From Octopus bimaculoides (taxonomy: Eukaryota), in assembly GCF_001194135.2 (NCBI RefSeq), contig NC_068996.1, positions 47,677,879 to 47,741,878 on the forward strand: a stretch of DNA of 64,000 bases. Reading direction: 5' to 3'. The translations under genes and the position numbers were made by a program. This document shows, piece by piece, positions 63,957 to 64,000 of this stretch (position 1 is its first letter; every line of letters starts with the position of its first letter). The notes under the pieces were generated by a model. It was not told where the DNA came from, ran no database searches, and was given only the letters and a program-made list of their open reading frames with translations.

Positions 63957-64000
63957 ACCTATATATACATACATACACACACACACACATATATACACAC

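Overview
AT-rich eukaryotic DNA dense in microsatellites, with nine assembly gaps. No protein-coding gene can be supported with confidence; almost all ORFs in the track are translations of (TA)n/(CA)n/(GA)n/(AAT)n tracts or N runs. The repeats (tRNA-headed SINEs with internal microsatellites, RTE-type 3' tails ending in (GAT)n, Ceph-like SINE bodies) resemble those of cephalopods, probably Octopus; this is inference from recognition, not a search. Decayed coding remnants of five transposon classes are readable: two HERO-like non-LTR endonuclease C-termini, a Penelope GIY-YIG endonuclease, a mariner transposase, a Gypsy integrase tail and an RTE reverse transcriptase. Several MITE families are also present. 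The most notable signal is a set of minimal type I hammerhead ribozyme (HHR) motifs of the Penelope type. One family sits downstream of a tRNA-like Pol III head plus (AAT)n in two independent copies (20.3-20.7 kb and 35.3-35.6 kb). At 20.3-20.7 kb the HHR arm is also duplicated in inverted orientation and the whole unit is flanked by a 12-bp direct repeat, suggesting a ribozyme-carrying SINE mobilised by Penelope machinery. A second HHR family has a shared CUGUUGA core variant in two copies. Other structure includes a ~3.6-kb-span inverted duplication, several long fold-back hairpins, a 30-bp minisatellite with higher-order periodicity and a 12-bp G-run tandem repeat.
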